Origin: Candidatus Stahliibacteriota bacterium
GTDB taxonomy: Bacteria > Hydrothermota > Tepidihabitantia > SM23-42
Reading direction: 5' to 3'
Assembly (NCBI GenBank): GCA_030609135.1
Contig: JAUWCU010000003.1
Span: 55-64,054, forward strand
Length of the DNA: 64,000 bases
Below, piece by piece: positions 49,045-60,110 of this stretch. Within the stretch, counting starts at the first letter, position 1. Every line of letters starts with the position of its first letter. The notes under the pieces were generated by a model, which worked only from the letters and a program-made list of their open reading frames with translations, was not told the DNA's origin and did not search any database. The translations under genes were made by a program, and so were the position numbers.

Positions 49045-50238
49045 CTAAAATGGATAATATTTCAATATTTCTCTTACTACTTGTTTTGAATCGAATTTTT
49101 GAAGAGCTATATCTCTACTTGCTTGGCCCATACTGGAAATCAACCCTGGGTTAGCAATATACTTTTCCATGGCTGAGGCAAGTTTTGCTGAATCCTTAAT
49201 TGGCACCAGAAAACCATTTATACCATCCTCAACAACCTCCCTACAGCCAGTTGAATCGGTAGTAATTATGGGCATTCCCATTGCGGCACCTTCTAATAGT
49301 GATAAAGGAAGCCCCTCTCGATAATAGGATGGCAAAACTATCACATCTGCCTTTTCATAATAGGTTTTTATATTATCAGTCATGCCAAAGTATTTCACTG
49401 TGCCTTCTTTATTCCATTTCTCCAATTGCTCTGAAGATATGCCTTTTGGGTTTTGTAGATCTACAGGACCCAATAACCAGAAATCAACGTTATTATATTT
49501 CTTGCGGAGCGTATATGCAGCATCGACAAACTCTTTAATCCCTTTGTCCCATAACATGCGGGCGGCAAGAATGAAGGTGACTACTTTTTTTCGCTCGTGC
49601 TTACGTGGCGAAAATTTGGCGGTATCAACACCTGTTCCTGGAATCACGCTTGTTTTCTGTTTATCTACCATTTTATGTTCAAGAAAGTAATTTCTATCAT
49701 CCTGATTTTGGAAAAATACATGTTGGGAGAATAGCATAGTTCTTCGGTAGAGAAATCTTACAATCTTTTGAACCCAGAACTTCTTGAAACTAGTACCAGT
49801 AAAGACATAACCCAATCCTGGAACCATATTGTAGATATGTCTAACACGCGATACGCGGGCTGCTATTGTGCCATAGATCACAGGTTTAACAGTGAAGTGT
49901 TGGACTATATCTGGCTTGTGGCGTTTATAAATGCTAAGGAATTTGAGAAATAGTACAATATCCTCAAATGGATTAATGCCACTGCGTGTAATCTGTATAT
50001 CTAGGTGCTTAATACCGTATTCTTGAAAATGTTTTGCATAGGAGTCAAACGGAGCAAGTGCAAATACCTGGTATCCACGCTTTACCAGTTCTTTAAGAAG
50101 CGGTAAACGAAAATTGAAAAGATACCAGGATGTGTTACTTGAAACTACAGTTTTTTTTGGTTTATCGTGAGACACTCGGGTTATTATATACGTTGGCATA
50201 ATAAAGTCAAGGATTCTCAAATGATTATTTCTTGACAT
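49045..50238 (-). CDS. glycosyltransferase family 4
   Basis: C-terminal EGLPLSLLEGAAMGMPIITT (E-x7-E). Confidence 0.75.
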   Translation of the reverse strand: MSRNNHLRILDFIMPTYIITRVSHDKPKKTVVSSNTSWYLFNFRLPLLKELVKRGYQVFALAPFDSYAKHFQEYGIKHLDIQITRSGINPFEDIVLFLKFLSIYKRHKPDIVQHFTVKPVIYGTIAARVSRVRHIYNMVPGLGYVFTGTSFKKFWVQKIVRFLYRRTMLFSQHVFFQNQDDRNYFLEHKMVDKQKTSVIPGTGVDTAKFSPRKHERKKVVTFILAARMLWDKGIKEFVDAAYTLRKKYNNVDFWLLGPVDLQNPKGISSEQLEKWNKEGTVKYFGMTDNIKTYYEKADVIVLPSYYREGLPLSLLEGAAMGMPIITTDSTGCREVVEDGINGFLVPIKDSAKLASAMEKYIANPGLISSMGQASRDIALQKFDSKQVVREILKYYPF

Positions 50239-50348
50239 ATGCGTATAATTTGTGTATTGTTATGAGCGAATTCAAGTGGTGCGGATTTATTATTACAATC
50301 TGAAAAAGGTGTTTCCAAATAGGGTGATAAAGAAAGGAAGGTAGAGAT

Positions 50349-50777
50349 ATGCCTCTTAATCAAATGAATGACCAACTGAACGACGCATTTGAAACATATT
50401 TTCCAAAATTTGGGGTTTTGATAAGATTTGTTTATAGATTATTTAGTTTACTCGTACTAATTGGGTTGAAACTACGAATTATGCTATTACCAGAAGCAGA
50501 TAGACGAGCTGTTGCTCAGGTATCAAAGTGGCTAAGACGAGGAGGTCAGCTTCTTGTCACCGTTCCATTTGGGAAACCTGAGGTGACCAAGAAGCACCGA
50601 ATTTATGATATTGGTAGATTGAAATATCTTTTTTCTGACTTCAAGTGGGTACAACAGCGGTTTTTTGAGCGAGTTGAGGGAGCATGGGTTCAGAGCAGTG
50701 CTGAGAAATTAAAAAATGTAGCTTCTTCTACCCTACCTCCTAATGACGTAGCGATTCTTGACCTTGAAAGGAAATGA
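50349..50777 (+). CDS. hypothetical protein, possibly a methyltransferase fragment
   Basis: 142 aa. The LRRGGQLLVTVPFG segment resembles the post-motif-II region of class I methyltransferases. No motif I. Confidence 0.3.
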   Translation: MPLNQMNDQLNDAFETYFPKFGVLIRFVYRLFSLLVLIGLKLRIMLLPEADRRAVAQVSKWLRRGGQLLVTVPFGKPEVTKKHRIYDIGRLKYLFSDFKWVQQRFFERVEGAWVQSSAEKLKNVASSTLPPNDVAILDLERK

Positions 50778-50826
50778 TTAGAAAAGGTCACATATCAGTG
50801 TTAATGATTGCTGTGCACACCTCATC

Positions 50827-51939
50827 ATGTCCTTAAAGAAAATATTAATAGATGCTACAGGAATCGTTGATATACCCACTGGTTTAGGGAAATATAGCTA
50901 CTATCTTTTAAAAGCATTACTTAAAAGTTCAGATTATACATTTGTAGTACTTCACCAGGTAAGTTTAATGAAAACCCATCCACTTTTTCAACTAAGTAAG
51001 ACAAATCTGAGATTCATGCCCGTGGATGCTCCTACAATTGGTCCAAAGCGAGAGCTGACAATGTTCAGTTTGCGAAAGGAAATAAACGAGTATGATATTT
51101 TTCATTGCCTCAGCTCATATTTACCAGCTTTTGGTTTGCGCATTCCATCAATAGTAACGATACATGACCTGAAATATCTTCTGTTTCCTGATTTTTTTGG
51201 TAACCGATTTAAAACGCTATATTATGATTGGATAATTCGGAAAGGAATTCGAAACGCATCTCGTGTTATTGCTGTATCTGAGGCTACAAAAAGAGACATT
51301 GAAGATATTGGTGTGCGGTCAAATAAGATCCAGGTAATATATGAAGCTTCAACAATTCCATTTTCTGGTTCCAGCGATGATTTACCAGACGAATTGCGTG
51401 GTAAATCATACTTGCTATTCGTGGGTGAAAATCGACCCCACAAGAATATATTCAGACTCATAAAGGCATACAACAAAGTACTTTGTAGACTTGGTGAACT
51501 ATGTCCTTTTCTTGTGTTTGTCGGATCAGGATTTAATAGTCTAAAAGAGAGGTGTAAGTGTGAAAAAATACTTATTTGTGGACTAGTCTCGGAAGCAAAA
51601 GTAGTAAGTTTATATAGACATGCAATAGTGCTCATTTATCCATCTTTGTATGAAGGCTTTGGATTGCCAATATTAGAGGCAATGTCTACAGAAACGCCAG
51701 TCATTACTTCAAATTGTTCATCTATGCCTGAGGTTGCTGGAGAAGCAGCAATTCTTGTCGATCCATACAATGTAGATCAATTGGCAGATGCAATATTAAA
51801 GGTCATACAGAACAATTCCGAAAAGAGGAGATTAGGACATTTGGGCACACGACGTGCAAAATGTTTTTCCTGGGGAAGAGCAGCAAAATCGATTGAAGCT
51901 CTATATGCAAGAATTTTATCATATAGAGAAAACCGATAG
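50827..51939 (+). CDS. glycosyltransferase family 4
   Basis: EGFGLPILEAMSTETPVITS (E-x7-E). Confidence 0.8.
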   Translation: MSLKKILIDATGIVDIPTGLGKYSYYLLKALLKSSDYTFVVLHQVSLMKTHPLFQLSKTNLRFMPVDAPTIGPKRELTMFSLRKEINEYDIFHCLSSYLPAFGLRIPSIVTIHDLKYLLFPDFFGNRFKTLYYDWIIRKGIRNASRVIAVSEATKRDIEDIGVRSNKIQVIYEASTIPFSGSSDDLPDELRGKSYLLFVGENRPHKNIFRLIKAYNKVLCRLGELCPFLVFVGSGFNSLKERCKCEKILICGLVSEAKVVSLYRHAIVLIYPSLYEGFGLPILEAMSTETPVITSNCSSMPEVAGEAAILVDPYNVDQLADAILKVIQNNSEKRRLGHLGTRRAKCFSWGRAAKSIEALYARILSYRENR

Positions 51940-51981
51940 TTATTAACCCACATCCTCAATCAAAAAAACCGGGCTGGATCA

Positions 51982-53082
51982 TTATAATTGTTCGCTATTC
52001 AAGAATTTTTTTTGCGGTCTGTCCAAAAACGGCAGAATTGCTTTATAATTTTCCCTGCCAACATCATCCCAGGTTCTTAATTTTTTGCTTAACCGGACAT
52101 TGTTTTTCATTATGGCATATCTTAAATTAGTATCACATGCTAATTTGCGAATTGCCAGAGCAAGCGATTCAGAATCTTCAGTGTCATAGAGAATACCATT
52201 GGTATTGTTGTCAATGATACCAACAGTTGTCGGTATACTAGATGCAATTACCGGAAGCCCAAATGAAATTGCTTCTACTAGAACCATACCAAATGTTTCG
52301 TGACGCGATGGAAAAACGAATAAGTCAGCCTTCTTATAGAGGTTTGAGAGTTCATTTGGTGACAAGCAACCATGAAATGATACATGGTCAGTCAATTGAC
52401 TTTCGTTGATTGTTTTTTGAATATTTCTGAAATAACTCGAATTTCTGTTATATAAACCAGCAACGTCCAAATGCAAGTCGAGATCTTTCAATCTACCCAT
52501 GGCCTTAATTAAAATATCCAAGCCCTTTCGCCATTCAACATGTCCGGTGAATAGTATTTTACTAACCTGCCTGTGAAATAATACTTCGTTCTGTCCTACA
52601 ACATTGGGCGCAGGATTGACTACAACTATTTTTTTTCTTTCGATATGAAAAACTTTGAATTGTTGGATGGCGGCTTTACTTGGTATAATAAGCAATGAGG
52701 CGCCTTGAAGAATTAGATATTCGCACAGAAATTCAAGCCATCTCATAAAGAAATTTTTCCTGAGATTGTATTGGGTTAAATGACAACCACATCCGTATTT
52801 GTTTCCCATTAGGCGGCTGAAAAAAAGCGGAATTAAAAGATAAAAATAGAGATTATGGTTGGTAAAAGAAAAAATACCTTTTCTGTTTCTCAAAAAGTGT
52901 TTAAGGATATAAACAACGAAAAGAAAACGATTATTTCTGGCTTTTATTGGAACTGTATCGCAATTAAACACATCCATATTTAATTTTTCACGCTTCAGAT
53001 ATTGTATAGTATTTGCTAAATAGTAATGTCCACCTGTACTAAGATTCTTGAAATTTCTATGAATTACTATGAGCTTATTCAT
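51982..53082 (-). CDS. glycosyltransferase family 4
   Basis: ETFGMVLVEAISFGLPVIAS (E-x7-E). Confidence 0.75.
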   Translation of the reverse strand: MNKLIVIHRNFKNLSTGGHYYLANTIQYLKREKLNMDVFNCDTVPIKARNNRFLFVVYILKHFLRNRKGIFSFTNHNLYFYLLIPLFFSRLMGNKYGCGCHLTQYNLRKNFFMRWLEFLCEYLILQGASLLIIPSKAAIQQFKVFHIERKKIVVVNPAPNVVGQNEVLFHRQVSKILFTGHVEWRKGLDILIKAMGRLKDLDLHLDVAGLYNRNSSYFRNIQKTINESQLTDHVSFHGCLSPNELSNLYKKADLFVFPSRHETFGMVLVEAISFGLPVIASSIPTTVGIIDNNTNGILYDTEDSESLALAIRKLACDTNLRYAIMKNNVRLSKKLRTWDDVGRENYKAILPFLDRPQKKFLNSEQL

Positions 53083-53839
53083 AATAATATAGTAGCATAA
53101 TATTATTTCCAGCCTATTATACTGATATCAGTGTGTATGTCAACGACGTAAAACTCTCAGTAATTTGGAATATAATATTTTTGATACGGAAATAAACCAA
53201 GTAGACCTACCAAATACGTTTTGATGTTTCTGACGTTGAAGCATATGTATTTGTGCTAATTGAGATGTGTAAGTTGCTCTGAAGCGATAGCTCTTGACAC
53301 ACAAAGGGTTGGGAGTATAATGGTGCGATTAGATTCGCTCCGTTCTTGCAGCACGATATGCATATTCTGTTTTCATGAGGCATTATCAACTAGCTAATGT
53401 GGAACGTCATTTTACTTGCTTGGAATTAGGTCCAGGAGACTCTTTTTTCTCTGATTTAATACGGCAATCTGATTTCTTTGCTAAATCAGGGTTTTGCACG
53501 AATAGAATTAGGTTTGCAGAAATGCAAAACTTGTTTAAAAAAGCGGGATTTTAAGTTGAAATAATTAAAAAAAAGCGAATTGACACTAAAGAGATACTTG
53601 ACCTTAAGTAGCATTTACATATAATGTGTGGTAGTGGTGTGGTTTCAATCCTTGTTGGTTTTGTGATAAGGATTTCCTGGATGGGAATCGTTAATTATTA
53701 TTCTATAAAACGTGAGTTATGCCAAGATTGCAAAATATTTGTGTTTAGATACACTCGTGCGGGTGTGTGTTATATCATTAGGTAAAATCACAGTTGCTGA
53801 TGCTAAGAATATCAAACAAGCCGTGATTCATAAAACGAG

Positions 53840-55270
53840 ATGACCTATAATACTGATGCAATACATTCATCATTGATTCAAAAACTTTCAACTATATTTA
53901 ATCGTAGCAATCAGGGTGGGATTTTAGTTACTATGCTACTTATTTTGATATTGAGTCTAGAAGTCCTAACGGTGGTATTCTTTGCTTATTATGGATTTTA
54001 CGTTATTATTTCGTTACTACTTATTTTTCTGTTTCTTTTTACCGCATTTGCAATGGAGAAATCATACTATTTATTTACTGCATATTTCCTTATTCTTCCA
54101 GAGAAATTTTACAGTATTTTTTTTCCAGGTGTACCTATTACCTTTCACTGGGTAATTGGCTATCTTTTATTTCTTTTATTATTATTTTATTGGATTATCT
54201 ACGTATTGAAAAACTCTGTACAATTTTCATTTAAAGCTACAGATAAAATGTTGATAGTTTTTTTTATAGCAATTGCTGTTGCATTAGTGTCTGGGGTTCT
54301 AAGAAAGCACCAATTCTCGTTTATTCGATTAGAAATTATCGCTCTATCACTATATTTAGCCTATTTTATGGTCCTATATTCACCCTTGAAAAATAATCCA
54401 AAGCGGTTCTTTGATTTTGTAACATTGTGTTCAGTTATAATAGCATTTCAATTTTTGGATTCACTTTTTAAATTCGGAGGGAGTATTTTCTTGGTGCGTG
54501 TAGTTTCTATGCATATTCACGTGGCATTGCTTGCGATTTCTTATATTTGCATTACGTTAGTCTACTCAATGAATAGGATTAGAAGAATAATTATGGGATT
54601 GCTACTACCTCTTATATTCGCGAGTGTTATAATATCACAGCAACGAGCATTGTGGGGTGCTTCCTTGGTTATATGTGTGTTGGTTTTGTTAATATACATT
54701 TATCACAAACGTCATAAAATGAGAATTATTTTAATAACAATTGGTGGATCTATTGCTTTTGTGGTTTTGTCTTTTCTTATTATCAATTATTTAACAGCAG
54801 GTAGTTTCTATAATACTATAATTTCAAGGGGTCGTGTTCTATTGAATATTGAAGCAACCTTATCCGACGCATCATATATAATTCGAACAAATGAAATAGC
54901 TGAAGCGATCCAGACTGTAAAAGGTGATTTTCTTTTAGGCAAAGGAATTGGAGCTTCAACAATTTCAAGATGGCGTTTGATGAACCATGCCACCGTGGAT
55001 AATAGCTATGCTTACATCTATTGGAAAATGGGAATCTTAGGCTTGATAGGGTTTGTTGGTTTCTATATTGTTTTCTTTGTGAGGGGATTAAAATTACTTA
55101 GGTTACCAATAACCACCGATGAACGGATATTCACGATTGCCACGCTTTTAAATTTTGTCGGTCTGTTCATTGTTGGACTGACAAATGTGTGCATTGTGCA
55201 TTATAGATTTATACTCATTTGGGCTGCCAGTATTGGGTTTATAGAGTTTATTATAAGAAAATATGATTGA
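53840..55270 (+). CDS. wzy: O-antigen polymerase/ligase family protein (Wzy-like)
   Basis: 476 aa with more than 10 TM segments and a large loop. Located in the polysaccharide locus next to wzx. Confidence 0.55.
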   Translation: MTYNTDAIHSSLIQKLSTIFNRSNQGGILVTMLLILILSLEVLTVVFFAYYGFYVIISLLLIFLFLFTAFAMEKSYYLFTAYFLILPEKFYSIFFPGVPITFHWVIGYLLFLLLLFYWIIYVLKNSVQFSFKATDKMLIVFFIAIAVALVSGVLRKHQFSFIRLEIIALSLYLAYFMVLYSPLKNNPKRFFDFVTLCSVIIAFQFLDSLFKFGGSIFLVRVVSMHIHVALLAISYICITLVYSMNRIRRIIMGLLLPLIFASVIISQQRALWGASLVICVLVLLIYIYHKRHKMRIILITIGGSIAFVVLSFLIINYLTAGSFYNTIISRGRVLLNIEATLSDASYIIRTNEIAEAIQTVKGDFLLGKGIGASTISRWRLMNHATVDNSYAYIYWKMGILGLIGFVGFYIVFFVRGLKLLRLPITTDERIFTIATLLNFVGLFIVGLTNVCIVHYRFILIWAASIGFIEFIIRKYD

Positions 55271-56567
55271 ATACTTCAAAAAATCTTTTGTAACTTACGT
55301 TAATCTACTTCTGCGATTAGTGTTACTTGCTGGCAGTAACGTAATTATTGCAAATTATTTAGGTCCGTCTGGTAAAGGTATTCTATCATTAATTATGAGC
55401 TTTCTGGCAATCATTTTGATGATTGGAATGTCTGGTGTTGATGAAGCTAACGTGTATTTTATGAGTAGTGGAAAAGCACCGCATAGAAAAATAATCACGA
55501 ATGCCTTATTTCATACATTTTTTATTTCATGTATTTGCATTTTTATTTGTATAGTCTTTATGAAATGGTTCATTACGAATCCACTGAAAGGGATAGATAT
55601 CAAATATTTTTATATAATAATCATGCTAATTCCTTTTTATTTCATTAACCAACATTTTAGAAGTATTTTATTGGGCCATCGTGCAATATATAAATACAAT
55701 ATTCTTATAATAGCACAATTTATCGTTCTCTTTCTTATTCAGTTAATTTTTATACCGAAAACAGGTTTATTTGGAGGTATTTTGGCGATTATCGTTAGTA
55801 CTTTTACACTTACACTTTTAGGGTCAATATTATTGTTGAAATATGAATTACCTGGAATTTCTATCGACTTTTCGTTGATGAAAAAATCATACTTTTTTGG
55901 CATGAAATCTCAGTTAGGCATTATTTTTAGTTTTCTAAATCAACGACTGGACTTTTTTGTTGTTAATTTTTTTCTCAACCCTTCTCAGGTTGGTATATAT
56001 GCAATAGCTGTTGTAGTTGCTGAACTACCGTGGCACCTGCCTGCGGCTGCGGCAACTGTGCTGTTCCCATGGATAGCTGATAAGAATAAAGATGAGGCTG
56101 CAAAATTTACAGCATATATCTTGCGTAATATTCTATTTTTTACAACCATTATGATAATTGTGTTAGCATTATTTGGTAAATATATCATTATTACATTATT
56201 TGGTGCAGCTTTTCAGGGATCTATTGTCTTAATGTATGTACTTTTACCTGGTATTTTAGCACTCAGTATAACCAGAATACTCGGTAGTCATTTTCAGGGT
56301 TCAGGGAGACCAGAATTAGGAACCATAATGGTTGCATTTTCATTTATTGAAACTATCGTTCTTGATATAATACTTATTCCACGTTTCGGAACCTTAGGAG
56401 CTGCAATAGCTTCATCAATAGCTTATATGACTTCCGCTATCGTGGGACTATTTATATTTATAAGAATATGGCATATTAATATATTTGAAATCGTAATTCC
56501 AAGGTGGCAAGAGATAATTAAAATCCGTAAATTTATACAAATTTTAAAAAGGAGTAAGAACAAATGA
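55263..56567 (+). CDS. wzx: polysaccharide flippase (Wzx, MOP superfamily)
   Basis: 434 aa, about 12 TM helices, typical Wzx length and topology. Confidence 0.7.
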   Translation: MIEYFKKSFVTYVNLLLRLVLLAGSNVIIANYLGPSGKGILSLIMSFLAIILMIGMSGVDEANVYFMSSGKAPHRKIITNALFHTFFISCICIFICIVFMKWFITNPLKGIDIKYFYIIIMLIPFYFINQHFRSILLGHRAIYKYNILIIAQFIVLFLIQLIFIPKTGLFGGILAIIVSTFTLTLLGSILLLKYELPGISIDFSLMKKSYFFGMKSQLGIIFSFLNQRLDFFVVNFFLNPSQVGIYAIAVVVAELPWHLPAAAATVLFPWIADKNKDEAAKFTAYILRNILFFTTIMIIVLALFGKYIIITLFGAAFQGSIVLMYVLLPGILALSITRILGSHFQGSGRPELGTIMVAFSFIETIVLDIILIPRFGTLGAAIASSIAYMTSAIVGLFIFIRIWHINIFEIVIPRWQEIIKIRKFIQILKRSKNK

Positions 56568-57610
56568 AAAAAAGATTGCTTCTCTCTACACCATTTGGCG
56601 CACCTGGTCCAATGACTGCGTTCAGAAATCATAAGGCTATATTAGAACCATATATCGCATGTGATCTTGTTCCCTTGGAAGAGTTGGTATCTCCATCGTT
56701 TTTGAAACCGATAGACTATAAACGAATAATTTATCGTATAGGCAAAAGAACAAAAAGGATTTTTTCTGTTAAAAACATAATGAAATATGGTGATAATGTT
56801 ATTTTTGGTACTTTTGGTTCTGTTCATGAAGGAATAATCAAAAAATTGAATAAACATGGAATAAAACCCTCTTTCATGTGGTGCAGTACATTAGGCCAGA
56901 TGGAATTGACGCCATATGAAATGAGAAATTTCATGCGATTAGTTGAACTTCGGAAAAAAGGCTACGTTAATTTTCTTTTTCTTCAGCATCGATTATATAA
57001 TTCCGTTGGGCATTTTGTGAAAGAAGCCACACTTCTCCCTTACAGCATTGATTTATCACCTTACAAAGTTTCAGAACAAATCGAGCTTCCCGGTATAAAC
57101 ATAGATCTTTTTTGTCGACCACGTCAGGGTAAAAATATTCTTAATCAGATCGCCTCGTTTACTATGGCTGGCATCAATGGTAAACTTCATATTAACTTTA
57201 AAACGGATTTTCTCTCAGGTATACCGAATTTACTATCTAAAAAAATTGTTTACCATAAGTGGATCCCTGATTCTATGTATTATAATTTTATCGCAGGGAT
57301 GAACCTTTCATTGCAGGTTACAATTGGCGAAAGTTTTAATTATGTTGCATGCGAGCGGATGTGTCTTGGGGTACCTGTTCTAACAACGAAGGATATATAT
57401 CTTGTTGCGGGTGATGATTTTTTGGCTAAATATCTTTGTGTTGAAGCACCAGATACACCTACCACTATAGCAGCTAGGATTAAATTTTTAATTGATGAGA
57501 ATAATTTAAGAAAGGAACTTGCTATAAAATGTAGATCAAGAATAAAAGATATTGCCAGATGTAATAATAGCATGGTTGTTGATATAATACAAAAACATTT
57601 CAATACGTAG
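56564..57610 (+). CDS. divergent glycosyltransferase-like protein
   Basis: ESFNYVACERMCLGVPVLTT resembles the GT4 E-x7-E motif. Otherwise unrecognised. Confidence 0.4.
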   Translation: MKKRLLLSTPFGAPGPMTAFRNHKAILEPYIACDLVPLEELVSPSFLKPIDYKRIIYRIGKRTKRIFSVKNIMKYGDNVIFGTFGSVHEGIIKKLNKHGIKPSFMWCSTLGQMELTPYEMRNFMRLVELRKKGYVNFLFLQHRLYNSVGHFVKEATLLPYSIDLSPYKVSEQIELPGINIDLFCRPRQGKNILNQIASFTMAGINGKLHINFKTDFLSGIPNLLSKKIVYHKWIPDSMYYNFIAGMNLSLQVTIGESFNYVACERMCLGVPVLTTKDIYLVAGDDFLAKYLCVEAPDTPTTIAARIKFLIDENNLRKELAIKCRSRIKDIARCNNSMVVDIIQKHFNT

Positions 57611-57730
57611 ATCTACAATGTGAATCATTTATTCGACAATAATATATAAATGTTGACGCATTAACATATTAATATATAATTAAACAGAAAAAAGTTAGGG
57701 CATTTGAGATTATAATATACGAAAGCAAAT

Positions 57731-59914
57731 ATGGGAATAAAAAGGTCAATCGGGTGTCGAAAATTGATGCTTCTTTGCATTTTACCTTTGTTATTATGCG
57801 CCAAAACCGTACGCTATGAAGCAGAGCATTTATTCGCGCGGTCGCCTTGCGACAGTGTTATCAAAGATGTCACAGCAAGTAACGACAGTTGTAGGGTAGC
57901 ATATACAAAACATAATTCCAGAGGGTATTTAATATATGGTCCAAACATTTCTTTCTCTTCTGGATTCTATGTGGCAACATTCAGATTAAAAACAGGAAAT
58001 GTTGGTGTTAGCGTTAATCCTGTTGGTATAATAGACATAACTAGCCGTCGTGAATATCCGCTTAAATATCATGCACGACAACCAATTTATGCATCCAGCT
58101 TCGATTCAATCTTCAGGTGGCAGAACATAAGGGTCGGCTTTTATCTTGAACGTACCATCGAGTGCTTTCAATTGAGAATTGAGTGGTTTGATAGTGTGGA
58201 TCTCTATGTCGACTATGTTGATGTTCAGCCGTATCCGCGCAGAGAGAATATCACATTTGCCATTAATCTCCAGGATCTCAATCTTGATATGATACCAGAC
58301 CTTTTTGATGAAATTATGACAGATCGTCGCATATTGCTTGCATCAATCCAGGCCGGTGTCAACAGAGATAAGGCAAATCTTGTATTACTGCACGATTACC
58401 GCGATTACGAAGGGCAGGGTATTTATCGATGGCTTTGTGCTTTCGACATGCCGTACGTTTTACTAACATATGATGAGTGTATCGAGAAATCAGCAATACC
58501 TAACACGTTTAATGGCTGTGTTTTTTTCGATCCTGGAGAACTCTCTATAGACGCAATAAATAATCCGCCAGAATATCAAAAGTCGCTTTTTCAAGTAAAA
58601 GCAATTGCGACAAATCTAGCAGCTCTCGACTCTCTATTAATTGTTACACCTCGAACAATTAATGATATTGACTTGACAAAATTCCCAATTAAATACGACC
58701 TCACAAATAGAGATATATATCCCTTTTTGAAAGACCTGTCTGGGGATGAAGCGATGGCTTTCAACATACAGTTGTTTGAAACGTATAGATTTAACAAAGA
58801 TGTCCTGTTTAAGTTGTTTCCCTATATGAGTAGTAGTCCATTAAGAAATGCGAGTGAAAAACTGACCGATTATGTCATTCAAAATAGATGCTGGTCTTTC
58901 TATAAAGATCTGCGTAATGATACTGATAATTCTTTTTTTGAAAATGAGGTATTCAACCAGAGCCATTTTCTTATGGGGTGGCCTGATGAGGGTTGGACCA
59001 ATGAGAGTACACACTATTGCAAAGAATACGAGCATATTAAGTTGGCAAGTGAAGCAGGTAAACTGTGGATAGGTGATATGAATAGGATACACAACCTTTC
59101 ATTTTTCGCGAGATTGCCAAATGACATACATTATATCTATCGCCAATCTGCCCCTCAAATTCCAAAACTGGAACACAAGACATATATTTCTTTTATAACA
59201 ATGGATGGTGATAACCCTCTACTTTGGCTCAAACATTATCGTAGAGATTGGGATTCACCTCTGCGGGGAACAATTCCTGTTTCCTGGGGGATTCCACCCA
59301 AGCTTTTGGATCTTGCGCCGGCTGTTCTTCAGTACTTGTATAGGACGAAAACGCAGAATGACTACTTTATTGCAGATATCAGTGGTCTTGCATGGCATCT
59401 GACAGACCATTTTGATTTCAATGATTTTCCGGAAATGTTAATTGTAACTGCTGATTATCTTGAGAGACTCGATATTAGAGTTGTCAAATTGATGGCTGAT
59501 CGTAATGATGATATTGTAGATATTGCGTACCTTCGGAAATGCGTAGAAGGATATCCAGATGTGAGTGGTTTTGTTGAAGGATACTGGCCTCCCGCGGAAC
59601 AGGGATATGTAATGGTGAAAGAAAAATATCCGTCCATTAGACTTGCAGTACACGAGCCTCGCGGCAATGGTGGAGTGTACAGGGTCGTAGATTCCATTGA
59701 ATCAGTTATTGAAGCAACGTCAAATCGACCACTATTTTTGCCAGTTATATATAATATTTACAGTGATAGCTATCGAAAAAGAAACCAAACATTATTTGAT
59801 AAACTTGATAGTATAAGAACAATTTTGGATGATAAACATCAAACTATCGTATATGTACGTCTGGATGTTATGATGGAGTTAATAAAGGAATATAATGAAA
59901 CGAGCAGTAAATGA
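57731..59914 (+). CDS. secreted hypothetical protein in the polysaccharide locus
   Basis: 727 aa. Signal peptide MGIKRSIGCRKLMLLCILPLLLCA. Consensus promoter TTGACG-N16-TATAAT at about 57653-57680. Confidence 0.4.
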   Translation: MGIKRSIGCRKLMLLCILPLLLCAKTVRYEAEHLFARSPCDSVIKDVTASNDSCRVAYTKHNSRGYLIYGPNISFSSGFYVATFRLKTGNVGVSVNPVGIIDITSRREYPLKYHARQPIYASSFDSIFRWQNIRVGFYLERTIECFQLRIEWFDSVDLYVDYVDVQPYPRRENITFAINLQDLNLDMIPDLFDEIMTDRRILLASIQAGVNRDKANLVLLHDYRDYEGQGIYRWLCAFDMPYVLLTYDECIEKSAIPNTFNGCVFFDPGELSIDAINNPPEYQKSLFQVKAIATNLAALDSLLIVTPRTINDIDLTKFPIKYDLTNRDIYPFLKDLSGDEAMAFNIQLFETYRFNKDVLFKLFPYMSSSPLRNASEKLTDYVIQNRCWSFYKDLRNDTDNSFFENEVFNQSHFLMGWPDEGWTNESTHYCKEYEHIKLASEAGKLWIGDMNRIHNLSFFARLPNDIHYIYRQSAPQIPKLEHKTYISFITMDGDNPLLWLKHYRRDWDSPLRGTIPVSWGIPPKLLDLAPAVLQYLYRTKTQNDYFIADISGLAWHLTDHFDFNDFPEMLIVTADYLERLDIRVVKLMADRNDDIVDIAYLRKCVEGYPDVSGFVEGYWPPAEQGYVMVKEKYPSIRLAVHEPRGNGGVYRVVDSIESVIEATSNRPLFLPVIYNIYSDSYRKRNQTLFDKLDSIRTILDDKHQTIVYVRLDVMMELIKEYNETSSK

Positions 59915-60110
59915 AAATCGAGGTTCTATGACTGTAAATTTGGAACAAAACATAAGAAATTACTTTGATAAAAAATATCAACTGAATAAATTTACGTAAG
60001 ACATATTGAAACTTTAATGTTGGTAAATTGGTAATACCATTAAATATCGTTATTATGGGGTATTATTGTAAAACAACAGGACCTGACTTTATCCAATTGC
60101 TAAGCACAGG

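Noticed and set aside
53207-53389. 60-aa ORF in the 750-bp gap between the GT4 gene and wzy
   Set aside because: No start context or homology. The gap looks like decayed coding sequence (methyltransferase-like fragments) rather than a gene.
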